From assembly GCA_964617595.1 (NCBI GenBank), contig CAZTYB010000001.1:1-60777 (forward strand): DNA of 60,777 bases. The letters run 5' to 3'. The translations under genes were made by a program, and so were the position numbers. This DNA is from an uncultured Oscillospiraceae bacterium (lineage in GTDB: Bacteria > Bacillota > Clostridia > Oscillospirales > Oscillospiraceae). Below the pieces are notes generated by a model, which searched no databases, was not told where the DNA came from, and worked only from the letters and a program-made list of their open reading frames with translations. Shown here one piece after another: positions 1 through 11,067 of this stretch (its first letter is position 1; each line of letters begins with the position of its first letter).

Positions 1-110
1 ATGTGTAAACTATGTTACTACACTATACAGTTCCGCCTCCCTTGGGCGGTGCGTTTCCGGTAAGCTCATGCAAGCGGGGCGGGAGACCCGTCCCTGGGTG
101 CCCTTCGGGA

Positions 111-1865
111 TTATCTCTGCAAATTGATTCTGCGGACTTCTTCCAGATCGACTTTGGGCTTCCGGTTCATATCCAGCAGACCATTGACCTCCTGGAATAC
201 ATCCGTCAGCTGGGTATAGCAGTAACCGGAGAAGCCCGGCATATGCTTGAATGCCTGGGTGATGGCCTCGAAGCGCCGGAAGAAAGCGGCCTCATCCTCC
301 ACCGCACCAAGATACCCCCAGTTGTCGCCGCCGGAATCCTTGGCCATGGCGATGCCGCCGTACTCCGTCAGGAGCAGGGGCTTGCCCGTATGCTCGTAGC
401 CGAAAGCGCTGACCATATGGCCGCAACCGGGGTTACCCTGGGCGACTTGCTCCGGGGTTGCGTATTGGCTGTCCAGATTCTCCGGCCAGGCGGTGTAGTC
501 GTGGACGGTGAGCAGATCGGTGGCGGCCTGTTCCCATCCGTCGTTACCGGAGACCATCCTTGTGCCGTCCAGGCTGTGCACCATGGCGTACAGCGCATCG
601 GCCAGGCGCTGGGCTTCCTTCTGGGTCTGGATATAGGGAACGCCCCAACTTTCGTTCAGGGGCACCCATGCAATGAGGCAGGGGTGATTGTAGTCCCGCT
701 GGATGGCCTCGGAGAGGTCACGCATCATATTGCGCTTCTCGCTGTCCCGGAGCCAGTAGGCGCTGGGCAGCTCGCCCCACACCAATAGCCCCAATTTGTC
801 CGCCCAGTAGAGGTAGCGGGGATCCTCGAACTTCTGGTGCTTCCGGGCGCCGTTGTAGCCCATGGCCAGGGTCAGCTCCACATCGGTGCGGAGGCTGTCG
901 TCACTGGGGGCGGTGAGCAGACCGTCCGGCCAGTAGCCCTGGTCGAGGATCAGTTTCTGGTACAGCACCTGGTTATTCAGCAGCACTTTATTCCCGGCAA
1001 TTTCGATTTTGCGCATACCGAAATAGGTATCCACCCAGTCGATGGTTTCCCCATCCACGATGGTTTCGATGCGCAGGTCGTACAGCTTGGGGTCGTTCGG
1101 CCACCACATATGGAAGCCCTCCAGCTGCTCATTGTGCCGCAGGAACAGCTCCGTCTGCACGAATCGGTCGGTTAAGACCGTTACCTCCTGCTTCGCAACG
1201 ATGTCTGACTGGAACGATGCCGTCAGGCGCAGTTGGGCATTCCGGGGCAGCTCATTCAGGCTGATCTCCACCCTTAGGCTGCCCCGCTCCAGGTCGGGGG
1301 TCAGCCGGAAGTCCACGGGATAGTATTCGCCCACGCCCTCCAGCCACACGCTCTGCCAGATGCCGGTGACGGGGGTATACCAGCAGGCGAAAGGCTCCGG
1401 CCGGAAGCTCTGCTTGCCTCGGGGCTGATCGCAGTCCAGCCGATCCTCCGCCCGGAGCGTGAGGCTATGGGTGCTGCCGGGTTGGGTCAAATCGGTGATG
1501 TCAAAGGTGAATGGGGTATAGCCCCCCTCGTGGCCGCCCAGGTACTGTCCATCCAGCCACACGTCCGCCCGGTAGTCCACTGCGCCGAAATGCAGCAGCC
1601 GCCGCTGATTCAGTTCCGGCGCTACGGTGAAGCTGCGTTGATACCAGACAACGTCGCAGTGCTCCCGGCTGTCGATGCCGGAGAGCTTACTCTGGTAGCA
1701 GAAAGGAACCTCAATTTTGGTTCCGGCGGGGAATTGGCGGTACCAGGCCTCTTTCTTCCCGGTCTTTTCCCGGTCAAAGGCAAAATTCCATTGGCCGTTC
1801 AGCGTTTGCCAGTATTGGCGCAGCCGATCCGGCCGGGGATGCTCCATGCGAATTGGTTCGTGCAT
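111..1865 (-). CDS. Glycoside hydrolase family 2 (beta-galactosidase/beta-glucuronidase-like)
   Basis: GH2 motifs LNGQWNF, LHFGAVDY, GIWQSVWLE, W-x-x-LNESWG (acid/base) and TEYGG (nucleophile); RBS GGAGG upstream. Confidence 0.9.
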   Translation of the reverse strand: MHEPIRMEHPRPDRLRQYWQTLNGQWNFAFDREKTGKKEAWYRQFPAGTKIEVPFCYQSKLSGIDSREHCDVVWYQRSFTVAPELNQRRLLHFGAVDYRADVWLDGQYLGGHEGGYTPFTFDITDLTQPGSTHSLTLRAEDRLDCDQPRGKQSFRPEPFACWYTPVTGIWQSVWLEGVGEYYPVDFRLTPDLERGSLRVEISLNELPRNAQLRLTASFQSDIVAKQEVTVLTDRFVQTELFLRHNEQLEGFHMWWPNDPKLYDLRIETIVDGETIDWVDTYFGMRKIEIAGNKVLLNNQVLYQKLILDQGYWPDGLLTAPSDDSLRTDVELTLAMGYNGARKHQKFEDPRYLYWADKLGLLVWGELPSAYWLRDSEKRNMMRDLSEAIQRDYNHPCLIAWVPLNESWGVPYIQTQKEAQRLADALYAMVHSLDGTRMVSGNDGWEQAATDLLTVHDYTAWPENLDSQYATPEQVAQGNPGCGHMVSAFGYEHTGKPLLLTEYGGIAMAKDSGGDNWGYLGAVEDEAAFFRRFEAITQAFKHMPGFSGYCYTQLTDVFQEVNGLLDMNRKPKVDLEEVRRINLQR

Positions 1866-1906
1866 TATTGATAACCTCCGTCTCTTATTTGAGGGATTCT
1901 ATGGAC

Positions 1907-1935
1907 ATTATAATGGATGATGGCGCATATAGCAA
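1907..1935 (-). promoter_or_regulatory. sigma70-type promoter for the GH2 gene
   Basis: TTGCTA-17 nt-TATAAT on the minus strand. Confidence 0.6.
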
Positions 1936-1982
1936 GCTTTTTTGATTGCCCAATGGGGGAAATATTCCCGCTGCCATACGCA

Positions 1983-2014
1983 AAAGGAGCCGGAGCAAAA
2001 TGCTCCGGTTCCTT
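1983..2014 (-). terminator. Intrinsic terminator after abfA
   Basis: Inverted repeat AAAGGAGCCGGAGCA/TGCTCCGGTTCCTTT just downstream of the abfA stop. Confidence 0.7.
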
Positions 2015-2032
2015 TATAAACAGAAATTGTCT

Positions 2033-3598
<1,566 letters not shown>

Positions 3599-3631
3599 CT
3601 ACTTTGCAAGAGCCTTTGGCATTTTCTTCTC

Positions 3632-3676
3632 TTGCGCAACCAAATCCAGTATAGTATAATCGGATGCGAAAGTCAA
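3632..3676. promoter_or_regulatory. Overlapping oppositely oriented sigma70 promoters (abfA and ABC operon)
   Basis: Plus: TTGCGC(3632)-17-TATAAT(3655). Minus: TTGACT(3676)-17-TATACT(3653). Confidence 0.6.
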
Positions 3677-3698
3677 CGAAGAGAAAGGGGATTTTCCC

Positions 3699-4646
3699 GT
3701 GAAAAAAATCTTAAGCATCCTGTGTGCCCTGCTCCTGCTGGCCGGTATGCTCCCGTGTGCGTTTGCCCAGGGTGAGGTACGCATCGGAGCCCTCACCGGG
3801 CCGACGGCCATGGGAATGGTAAAAATGATGGAGGAAAACGGGGAGAATTTCACACTCCTGGGTTCGGCGGACGAATTGATGCCGCTGATTTTGCAGGAGG
3901 AAGTGGATATTGCTGCCGTCCCGGCCAATCTAGCTGCTACACTGTACCAGAAAACCGATGGGGCTGTGACGGTGCTGGCGGTGAACGTGCTGGGGGTGCT
4001 GTACATCGGGGAGCTGAACGGGGACGGGATCCAATCCGTCACTGACCTGAAAGGGAAGACCGTCTACGCCACCGGCAAGGGGGCTACGCCGGAATATTTC
4101 CTGCGCCATATTCTGGAGGGGAACGGTTTGGATCCGCAGAAAGATGTGACCATCGAATGGCGCAGTGAACCCGCCGAAGTGGTTGCCCTGCTGAATGCCC
4201 GGGGCAACGGCATCGCCATGTTGCCCCAGCCCTATGCCACGGCTGCGCAGATGCAGCTGGAGGGGGATTACCGCACGGCTCTGTCCGTTTCGGAGGAATG
4301 GGAGAAACTGGAGGAGGATGCCCTATGCACCACCGCCGTCATCCTGGCAAGAACGGATTATGCCCGGGAGCATCCGGAGCAGATTCAGCAGTTCCTGGAG
4401 CGCTTCGCCGAGTCCGTGGCATGGGTCAATGAGCATTCGGAGCAGGCGGCGCCCCTGTGCGAGAGCTACGGGATCATGAAAGCAACGGTGGCCGAAAAGG
4501 CCATCCCCCATTGCAATCTTGTCTGCATAACCGGCGATGAGATGAAGCGGGCATTGCAAGGGTGCCTGGAAGTGATTTTTGACCAGAATCCCAAAGCCGT
4601 GGGCGGCGCCATGCCGGGGGATGAATTCTATTATGGTGCGCAGTAA
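3699..4646 (+). CDS. ABC transporter substrate-binding protein, NitT/TauT/SsuA-like
   Basis: Signal peptide; GPTAMG, DIAAVPAN, DLKGKT, AMLPQPYAT; followed by permease and ATPase. Confidence 0.85.
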   Translation: MKKILSILCALLLLAGMLPCAFAQGEVRIGALTGPTAMGMVKMMEENGENFTLLGSADELMPLILQEEVDIAAVPANLAATLYQKTDGAVTVLAVNVLGVLYIGELNGDGIQSVTDLKGKTVYATGKGATPEYFLRHILEGNGLDPQKDVTIEWRSEPAEVVALLNARGNGIAMLPQPYATAAQMQLEGDYRTALSVSEEWEKLEEDALCTTAVILARTDYAREHPEQIQQFLERFAESVAWVNEHSEQAAPLCESYGIMKATVAEKAIPHCNLVCITGDEMKRALQGCLEVIFDQNPKAVGGAMPGDEFYYGAQ

Positions 4647-5388
4647 GGTGAAGTGCCTCCGGCAATTGGGCGCCTGGGCGATTGCGGTTGGCCTATGGCA
4701 GATCGCAGCCGCACTGGTGGACAATCCGCTGCTGCTGGCGACCCCGGCGCAGGTGGCCGCAAAATTGGTTACGTTGGTGGGGGAGGGGCGCTTCTGGGCG
4801 ACGATCGGGTTCAGTCTCAGCCGGATCTCCCTGGGGTTCCTGCTGGCGTTTGGGCTGGCGCTGGGATTGGCCGCCCTGGCCGCCCGGTTCCCGGTGGCGG
4901 AGGAACTGATTGCGCCGTATATCACCGTGGTGAAGACCGTGCCGGTCGTCTCTTTTATTGTGATGGCGCTGCTGTGGCTGTCCGGAGGGAAATTGAGCAT
5001 TTTCATTTCCTTTTTGATGGTTCTTCCGGTACTGTATTCCAATTTTTTGGAGGGGTTCCGGGCATCGGATCACCAATTGGAGGAGATGGCGCAGATTTTT
5101 CCTGTCAGCCGGTGGAATCGGCTGCGTTACATCTATCTCCCCGCTCTGGACCCTTACTGCCTTTCCGCTTGCCGTAGCGCCCTTGGGCTGTGCTGGAAAG
5201 CGGGGATCGCCGCCGAAGTGATGGCGGTTTGCAGCGGAAGCATGGGTGCAATGCTGTACGAGGCGAAGATCTATCTGGAAATGGATGGGCTGCTGGCCTG
5301 GACGGTGGCCATCGTTGCGGTGAGCGCCGGGTTCTCAAAGGGATTCCTCTGGGGGCTGGGCTGGTTGCTGCGCAGAATCGAGGGGTGA
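4633..5388 (+). CDS. ABC transporter permease, NitT/TauT family
   Basis: Hydrophobic; WKAGIAAE motif; probable start MVRSK overlapping the SBP end. Confidence 0.85.
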   Translation: MVRSKVKCLRQLGAWAIAVGLWQIAAALVDNPLLLATPAQVAAKLVTLVGEGRFWATIGFSLSRISLGFLLAFGLALGLAALAARFPVAEELIAPYITVVKTVPVVSFIVMALLWLSGGKLSIFISFLMVLPVLYSNFLEGFRASDHQLEEMAQIFPVSRWNRLRYIYLPALDPYCLSACRSALGLCWKAGIAAEVMAVCSGSMGAMLYEAKIYLEMDGLLAWTVAIVAVSAGFSKGFLWGLGWLLRRIEG

Positions 5389-5391
5389 AAA

Positions 5392-5961
5392 ATGGATATT
5401 TGCATTGACCACATTTCTAAATCCTATGGCCAAACCCGGATATTTTCGGATTTTTCCTGCATCATCGCCCGGGGGAGCATGGTCGGAATTTTTGCCCCCT
5501 CCGGCGCCGGGAAAACGACATTTCTGCGGCTGATTTTGGGGCTGGAGAAGCCGGATAGCGGCCATATTTCCGGCGTGCCCCGGACGAAATCCGCTGTATT
5601 TCAGGAGGATCGGCTCATCCCGAAGCTCGGTTCCGTGAAGAATCTGTGCATCGCCGGGGCGGATGCCGCTGCGGCGCAGGCGCTGCTGAACCGGCTGGGG
5701 CTGGAGGAGGTGCACAAACCCGTCTGCCAACTTTCCGGCGGGCAAGCCCGGCGGGTGGCGCTGGCGCGGGGGCTGCTGGCTCCGGGAGAATTGTTGACTT
5801 TGGACGAACCTTTTTCCGCTCTGGATGATCGTGCCCGGGAGCGAGCCGCCGATGCCATCCGGGATTATTCTGCTGGGCGAACCGTGCTGCTGGTTACGCA
5901 CCGGGAGGCGGACTTTGAATTGCTGGGAATCGAAAACCGGATTTATTTCCCCGGATCCTGA
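5392..5961 (+). CDS. ABC transporter ATP-binding protein
   Basis: Walker A APSGAGKT, LSGGQ signature, LDEPF, VTH. Confidence 0.9.
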   Translation: MDICIDHISKSYGQTRIFSDFSCIIARGSMVGIFAPSGAGKTTFLRLILGLEKPDSGHISGVPRTKSAVFQEDRLIPKLGSVKNLCIAGADAAAAQALLNRLGLEEVHKPVCQLSGGQARRVALARGLLAPGELLTLDEPFSALDDRARERAADAIRDYSAGRTVLLVTHREADFELLGIENRIYFPGS

Positions 5962-6809
5962 TGGGGCTTGCGATCCGCCCGATAGGCGCAGGGGGACAGC
6001 CCCGTCTCTTTTTTAAAAATGCGCCAGAAATAATTGTTATTCGTATAGCCGCACCACTGGGCGATCTGCGTTGCGTTGCAGTCCGTTTCCACAAGGTAGC
6101 GCTTGGCGTGGCGGATGCGCACATGGTTGATATATTCGGTGGGGCGCATCCCGGTGCAGCTGCGCACGATGCGGCAAAGGTGCTGCGGCGTGATATCCAG
6201 CAGGGCACATAGCTCCGCTTCGGTGATCTGGGTCATGAAATGGTAGTTAACATAATCTTCCAGCAGGTTCATCTGCTTCTGATATGCGCTCTTTTCGCTG
6301 CCCTTTGCCCATTCCTCCGGGGCGGAATCATCGCCGGTGCGGGCGCCCTGTTTTGCAAATTCAATTAGGTATTCCAGAACCAGGGACGAAGCGAAATAGA
6401 TGCCATAGGGCGAATCATCCAGCAGCGCTTCACGCATTTTGTACAGCCGCTGTTGCAGCCCGCCCACGTCCCTCAGTGGGTACACCCCGCCGGTCAGGTT
6501 CAATTTCCGGTATATCTGCGCCAGTCCCGTGCCCCCGGGGCACATCCAGCGGATGTCCCAGACGGAGCCGTTGGGATAATATTCGTGGGGCATCCGGGCG
6601 GGGATGAAGAACCCGCACCCGGCGCTCAGGTGGTGGCGCTTACCTTGCAGGATGAGGGTACCGGTTCCCTTGGTGTTGAAAAAGAATTGATCCCACGCAT
6701 CGCCGTTGGGCTTGACGATCCGTGGTTGCAGGTCGTGCTGACCGATACTGCCGAGATAATAGGGAAGCTCCCTGACCGCAGCCGTATCGGGATACATATA
6801 ATACCACAT
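5943..6809 (-). CDS. AraC-family transcriptional regulator
   Basis: Cupin-like N-terminus; C-terminal double HTH (IAQWCGY...YFWRIFKKETGLSP); start MWYYM after GGAGAG. Confidence 0.9.
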   Translation of the reverse strand: MWYYMYPDTAAVRELPYYLGSIGQHDLQPRIVKPNGDAWDQFFFNTKGTGTLILQGKRHHLSAGCGFFIPARMPHEYYPNGSVWDIRWMCPGGTGLAQIYRKLNLTGGVYPLRDVGGLQQRLYKMREALLDDSPYGIYFASSLVLEYLIEFAKQGARTGDDSAPEEWAKGSEKSAYQKQMNLLEDYVNYHFMTQITEAELCALLDITPQHLCRIVRSCTGMRPTEYINHVRIRHAKRYLVETDCNATQIAQWCGYTNNNYFWRIFKKETGLSPCAYRADRKPHQDPGK

Positions 6810-6836
6810 AACGCTCTCCGTCAAAAGAAAAATGGG

Positions 6837-6917
6837 GAAAATGTTCAAATTGTACCATATTGATAATACCATTCCTTGCCCGAAAAAACAAGGGGTGGTA
6901 TGATGAAAATGTTCAAA
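6837..6917 (+). promoter_or_regulatory. GH30 promoter flanked by a 13-bp direct repeat (candidate AraC sites)
   Basis: GAAAATGTTCAAA at 6837-6849 and 6905-6917; TTGCCC(6876)-17-TATGAT(6899). Confidence 0.6.
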
Positions 6918-6949
6918 CAGGAGAATGTTCTATGAACGGAGGATTTGCT

Positions 6950-9613
6950 ATGAAGATCACGAAAAAACTGCGCACCCTTCTTGCCGGATTGCTGTGCCTG
7001 GCGATGGTGCTAGGGGCGTGCCCCGCTACTGCCCATGGGGACGGACAGGCGCTGATCCCAACGGGGCAGGTACGCCGGTTCGACCTCGGCTCCGACAAAA
7101 TCGGCGGAACCAATGTGGAGGGGACGAAGAACTGGGTGAAGATCATCCAGAATTCCAACCAGAAGAGATTGTTCGAAAATGTGGAAAAGGGAGTCAACGT
7201 GGCGGCGGTTCAGGTGACTTTCGGTATCTCCAATTGGTCGGGGGTGGAATTCCTGATCACTTGGGGCTGCAATCTGAATTTCATTGGCGACAGCGGCTCT
7301 ACCTGGTGCGGAACCGGGGCATTCGAGGGCATCTCCAATTATGTCATTGACCGGGAGGGTATCTATACCGTCACCTGTGACCTGGCGCAGCTGTGCCAAT
7401 CCCAGGGTAAAGAGGGAATCGAGTGGCTGCAAACCTGCGAAATGGTTGTTGACGGCGTAAGCGAAGGGGATCCAACGGTGATCGACGTGAAATGCGCCAG
7501 CATCTATCTGCCGGGGGAGGAAGTCCCGGCGGACAAAGCAACGGTCTATACCCCGGTTCAGGTGGATACCATCTCCATCGTTCCCGGTAATGTGGGGAAA
7601 ATCAACGGCGGCGCATTCCAGGGTTGGGGCACCAGTTTGTGCTGGTACGGCAACCGGATCGGGACATCCGAACAGGCGAGCACGCAGGCGGCGGAGCTAC
7701 TGCACAATGCCGATACCGGCCTGGGCTTAAATATCCTCCGCTACAATATCGGCGGCGGGGATGACCCGACACATAGCCATATCCAGCGCTCCGATTCCAA
7801 TATGCCCGGCTACTGGGCCGACGTGGACGAGGAAACGGGCACATTCACCTATGATTATTCCAAGGACTCCGCCCAGCGCAATGTGCTGCTGAAATCCATT
7901 GCCCAGTGCCCGGATATGCTGGTGGAGATGTTCAGCAATTCTGCGCCCTATTTCATGACACGAAGCGGCTGCACTTCCGGTACCACCGATGATATTTCCA
8001 GCAACCTCGCCCTGGAGGATATGCCCCGGTTCGCCGAATATCTGGCCACAGTGGTGGGGCAATATGTGAATATGGGCATCCACGTAACGAGCATCGAGCC
8101 CATGAACGAGCCGTCCAACGGATGGAACGTGGAGCACTACGGGGTGAAGCAGGAGGGCTGCTCCATCGCCAAGGGTGAGGAACAGTCGGCCATGATTACG
8201 GCCATGTATCGGGCGATGGAGGATCACGGCCTGACGGGGATCACCCTCGCCGGGTGTGACGAAACCAACGACACCACCACCAATCAGTCCCTGTCCAAGC
8301 TCAGCCAGGAGGCTTTCTCCCTCCTTGGGCAGATCAATACCCATACCTATTCCCGCAATGCTGCTTCCAGCCGGAAACTATACAATACTGCGCTGGAATC
8401 CGGGAAGAATCTGTGGATGTCGGAATGCGACAATGGGGGCATCCGGGGAACCGATGCCGGTGAGATGGGTGCGGCGCTGAATCTGGCGGAGATGATCACC
8501 GATGATCTGAACCAGATGCAGCCCTCCGCCTGGATCCTCTGGCAGGCCATTGGCTCCTACTGCGACGAGGGGAACGAATTCGACCCGGATACCCTGAGCC
8601 AGTCGGAGTTGGATACCAACGGATTCTGGGGCGTTTGCTATGCGGATATGAATACGGAAACAGTCGTCCCTACCAAAAAATATTATGCTTTCGGTCAGTA
8701 TACCCGCTTCATCCGCCCGGGTGACTGCCTGATTTCCTGCGACGATTCCTCTACCACCGCTGCCTATAGCCAGGAAGCGGAGGAACTGAAGATCGTGGTC
8801 TACAATACCGCCGATCAGGATCGGGAAGTAAATTTCGATTTGTCCGCATGGGATGTTTATGGGGAAAATGTGGATGTGATCCGTACCAGCGGCGACATGA
8901 CCACCGGTGAGAACTGGGCGCAGCTGGAGGGGCTGAAGATTACGGACGGCGCAGTAAGAGCCACGGCGAAAGCCAATTCCGTAACCACTTTTGTCGTCCA
9001 TGGCATCTACCATGACATGGCTCAGGAAATGGGCAAGGAAACTCCCGAGGAAGCCACCCAGGAAGCTAAGGAAGTGGCACTGACCACCCGCCCCCAGCCC
9101 GCAGAAGACAGCGCCGACGGATGGATCTGCTTCACCAACAGCGACTGGAGCTACACCGTTATGGGAAACGATGCACAGGAGTTGACCGGCATCCGTGTCA
9201 GTGCACTGGAAAATGGAACCTATACCGTTACCCTGCCAGCGGCGGAGGGGCAAGCGGTGAACGGCACCCAGGTATGCTGTATCGATCTGATGGGCTATGC
9301 CCGGCTGCTGACCGGGATCGACGTTTCCTCCATCACCAGTGACCGGCAGCTGGCATCTTACCATACCCGCATTGCCCAGTGCGTGAAAGCGGCCGTGACT
9401 TCCGTCACCCTGGACGGGGAGGCGCTTGCGCTGGATGCGGCCAAAGTTGTGGTTGACGACACGGAGGAGAACCGGAATCTTCGCATCGAGCTTTATAACA
9501 TGTATGGCCCGACGGCGGAAGCGGGCGCCATCGACCCGGACACAGTCAATTTTTCAAAAGAAATGACGATCACTTTCACTCTGGAATTGGCACCCATCGA
9601 GGCTGCGGCGTAA
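6950..9613 (+). CDS. Secreted multimodular GH30 glycoside hydrolase (endo-beta-1,6-galactanase-like)
   Basis: Signal peptide; GWGTSLCW, RYNIGGGD, FSNSAPYFMT, EPMNEP, NTHTY, LWMSE, KKYYAFGQYTRFIRPG; extra N- and C-terminal modules. Confidence 0.85.
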   Translation: MKITKKLRTLLAGLLCLAMVLGACPATAHGDGQALIPTGQVRRFDLGSDKIGGTNVEGTKNWVKIIQNSNQKRLFENVEKGVNVAAVQVTFGISNWSGVEFLITWGCNLNFIGDSGSTWCGTGAFEGISNYVIDREGIYTVTCDLAQLCQSQGKEGIEWLQTCEMVVDGVSEGDPTVIDVKCASIYLPGEEVPADKATVYTPVQVDTISIVPGNVGKINGGAFQGWGTSLCWYGNRIGTSEQASTQAAELLHNADTGLGLNILRYNIGGGDDPTHSHIQRSDSNMPGYWADVDEETGTFTYDYSKDSAQRNVLLKSIAQCPDMLVEMFSNSAPYFMTRSGCTSGTTDDISSNLALEDMPRFAEYLATVVGQYVNMGIHVTSIEPMNEPSNGWNVEHYGVKQEGCSIAKGEEQSAMITAMYRAMEDHGLTGITLAGCDETNDTTTNQSLSKLSQEAFSLLGQINTHTYSRNAASSRKLYNTALESGKNLWMSECDNGGIRGTDAGEMGAALNLAEMITDDLNQMQPSAWILWQAIGSYCDEGNEFDPDTLSQSELDTNGFWGVCYADMNTETVVPTKKYYAFGQYTRFIRPGDCLISCDDSSTTAAYSQEAEELKIVVYNTADQDREVNFDLSAWDVYGENVDVIRTSGDMTTGENWAQLEGLKITDGAVRATAKANSVTTFVVHGIYHDMAQEMGKETPEEATQEAKEVALTTRPQPAEDSADGWICFTNSDWSYTVMGNDAQELTGIRVSALENGTYTVTLPAAEGQAVNGTQVCCIDLMGYARLLTGIDVSSITSDRQLASYHTRIAQCVKAAVTSVTLDGEALALDAAKVVVDDTEENRNLRIELYNMYGPTAEAGAIDPDTVNFSKEMTITFTLELAPIEAAA

Positions 9614-9637
9614 GGAAGCGTCTTGCACCCTGAAAAA

Positions 9638-9945
9638 AGGAAAAAATGTAACGGAACAGAGTCTTTTTGCCCCCCTGAAGTGCAATGTCGTCAACTTAAG
9701 GTTCAACACGGTAGCGCCCCTTGGCTCCCTCTCAGAGGTGTGCGAAGCCATGCCTTTAGGCTGAGCTGGCAAAATCGGATCTTCGGAACCGATTTTGACT
9801 GAGGGAGTGACATTCGATGAATGGCAACAGCTCAAAAATACCAACGACACTCCCCCTGTCGGCCTGTTCGGCCGACATCCCCCTCAGAGAGGGGGACAAG
9901 GGGGCGTGCTTAATTGATGACATTGCCCTTTCCGGGGAGGAAAAG
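9638..9945 (-). repeat. Nested REP/MITE-like composite element, copy 1
   Basis: Inverted ends AATGTCGTCAACTTAAG (9684-9700) / CTTAATTGATGACATT (9909-9924) enclose two opposed hairpin units (AAAATCGG..CCGATTTT; GTCGGCC..GGCCGAC); homologous to 47991-48300. Confidence 0.9.
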
Positions 9946-9959
9946 AGACACCCAAAATG

Positions 9960-10010
9960 AAAAACACATCGGCGGAACCCAGGACAATGGGCTGGCCGAT
10001 GTGTTTTTTT
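9960..10010. terminator. Bidirectional intrinsic terminator between GH30 and LacI genes
   Basis: AAAAAACACATCGGC...GCCGATGTGTTTTTTT. Confidence 0.75.
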
Positions 10011-10020
10011 GCTATGCTTT

Positions 10021-11031
10021 TCAACAACTTTCCCGCTTCTGGAATACCGGGCGAAAAGTGATATCCTGGTGGGTCTGCTCTTTATTGATCAGTCCGAAGA
10101 GCAGCGTATCGATATATTGCACCATATCATCCACCGGTTGGGCGAAAGTGGTGACGGAGGGGGTGCAGTAGGCCATGCCGCTGAGCCCATCGAAACTGAT
10201 GAGCGCCACATCCTTGCCGGGAACTTTTCCGCAGTCGGCTATGGCACGCAGGGCGCTTGGCGCCATGATGTCTGCGGCGCAGCAGACGGCGGTGATCTCC
10301 GGGTGGCGGGGCAGGTAATCTTTCAGAACCTGATAGGCCTTGTCCTCCCGGTAATCCGCCTGGAGAAAATGGTCAAAATTGTGCTCCAGATGGTCAACGC
10401 TCAGCGCCGCCCGGTAGCCGGAAACCCGGCGGGCGTAGACACTGTTGTCAATATGGCTGGAGATGAGGGTGCAGATATCCCGGTGCCCCCGGTCGATGAG
10501 GTAGCGCATCTGGGCATAGGCCGTTTCGAAATGGCTGACCTGGATGCTGGAATAGTTCCGGCTGTCCACGTGGGTTGACAGGGCGGTATTGACGAAAATG
10601 GTGGGGAAAGGGAGGTCGTTCAGCTGCTCCGAGGGGACTTTTTCGAAATTTCCTCCAATGTAAACGAGGGCACAGATATTCTCCTGCTCCATCTGGGTGC
10701 GCAGTTCCGCCAGTTTCTCGGATTTGTCCTGGATATAATAATTATCGTGAAAGGAAACGATGGTATACCCTGCATTGTGGATTTGCGTAGAGAGCATCTG
10801 GCTGAAAAGATTGTATAGCCCATTGTATACCCCCTCTACGACCAAACCGATGCGGTTGCTGGGGGCGGCTTTCGGTGCCTTGGCATTGGCTTTCGGGTCA
10901 TACTGGTGCTCTTCGATCACGGCAAGGACGTGCTGGCGGGTGGCTTCACTGATGTCCGGGTAGTTGTTCAGCACCTTGGATACGGTGCCCGGAGTCACTC
11001 CGGCAATGCGGGCAATGTCCCGTATGTTCAT
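10021..11031 (-). CDS. LacI-family transcriptional regulator
   Basis: MNIRDIARIAGVTPGTVSKVLN HTH; sugar-binding domain ending VPGKDVALISFDG, PSVTT. Confidence 0.92.
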   Translation of the reverse strand: MNIRDIARIAGVTPGTVSKVLNNYPDISEATRQHVLAVIEEHQYDPKANAKAPKAAPSNRIGLVVEGVYNGLYNLFSQMLSTQIHNAGYTIVSFHDNYYIQDKSEKLAELRTQMEQENICALVYIGGNFEKVPSEQLNDLPFPTIFVNTALSTHVDSRNYSSIQVSHFETAYAQMRYLIDRGHRDICTLISSHIDNSVYARRVSGYRAALSVDHLEHNFDHFLQADYREDKAYQVLKDYLPRHPEITAVCCAADIMAPSALRAIADCGKVPGKDVALISFDGLSGMAYCTPSVTTFAQPVDDMVQYIDTLLFGLINKEQTHQDITFRPVFQKRESC

Positions 11032-11067
11032 GGGTTTCTTCCTTTCACGGTGTGATGGATTATGCGT

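Noticed and set aside
9554..9850. Short ORFs across the repeats (also 18048-18365, 32075-32614, 47542-48126, 58650-58952)
   Set aside because: They are translations of the palindromic elements (shared SVKIGSE peptide) with no RBS support.
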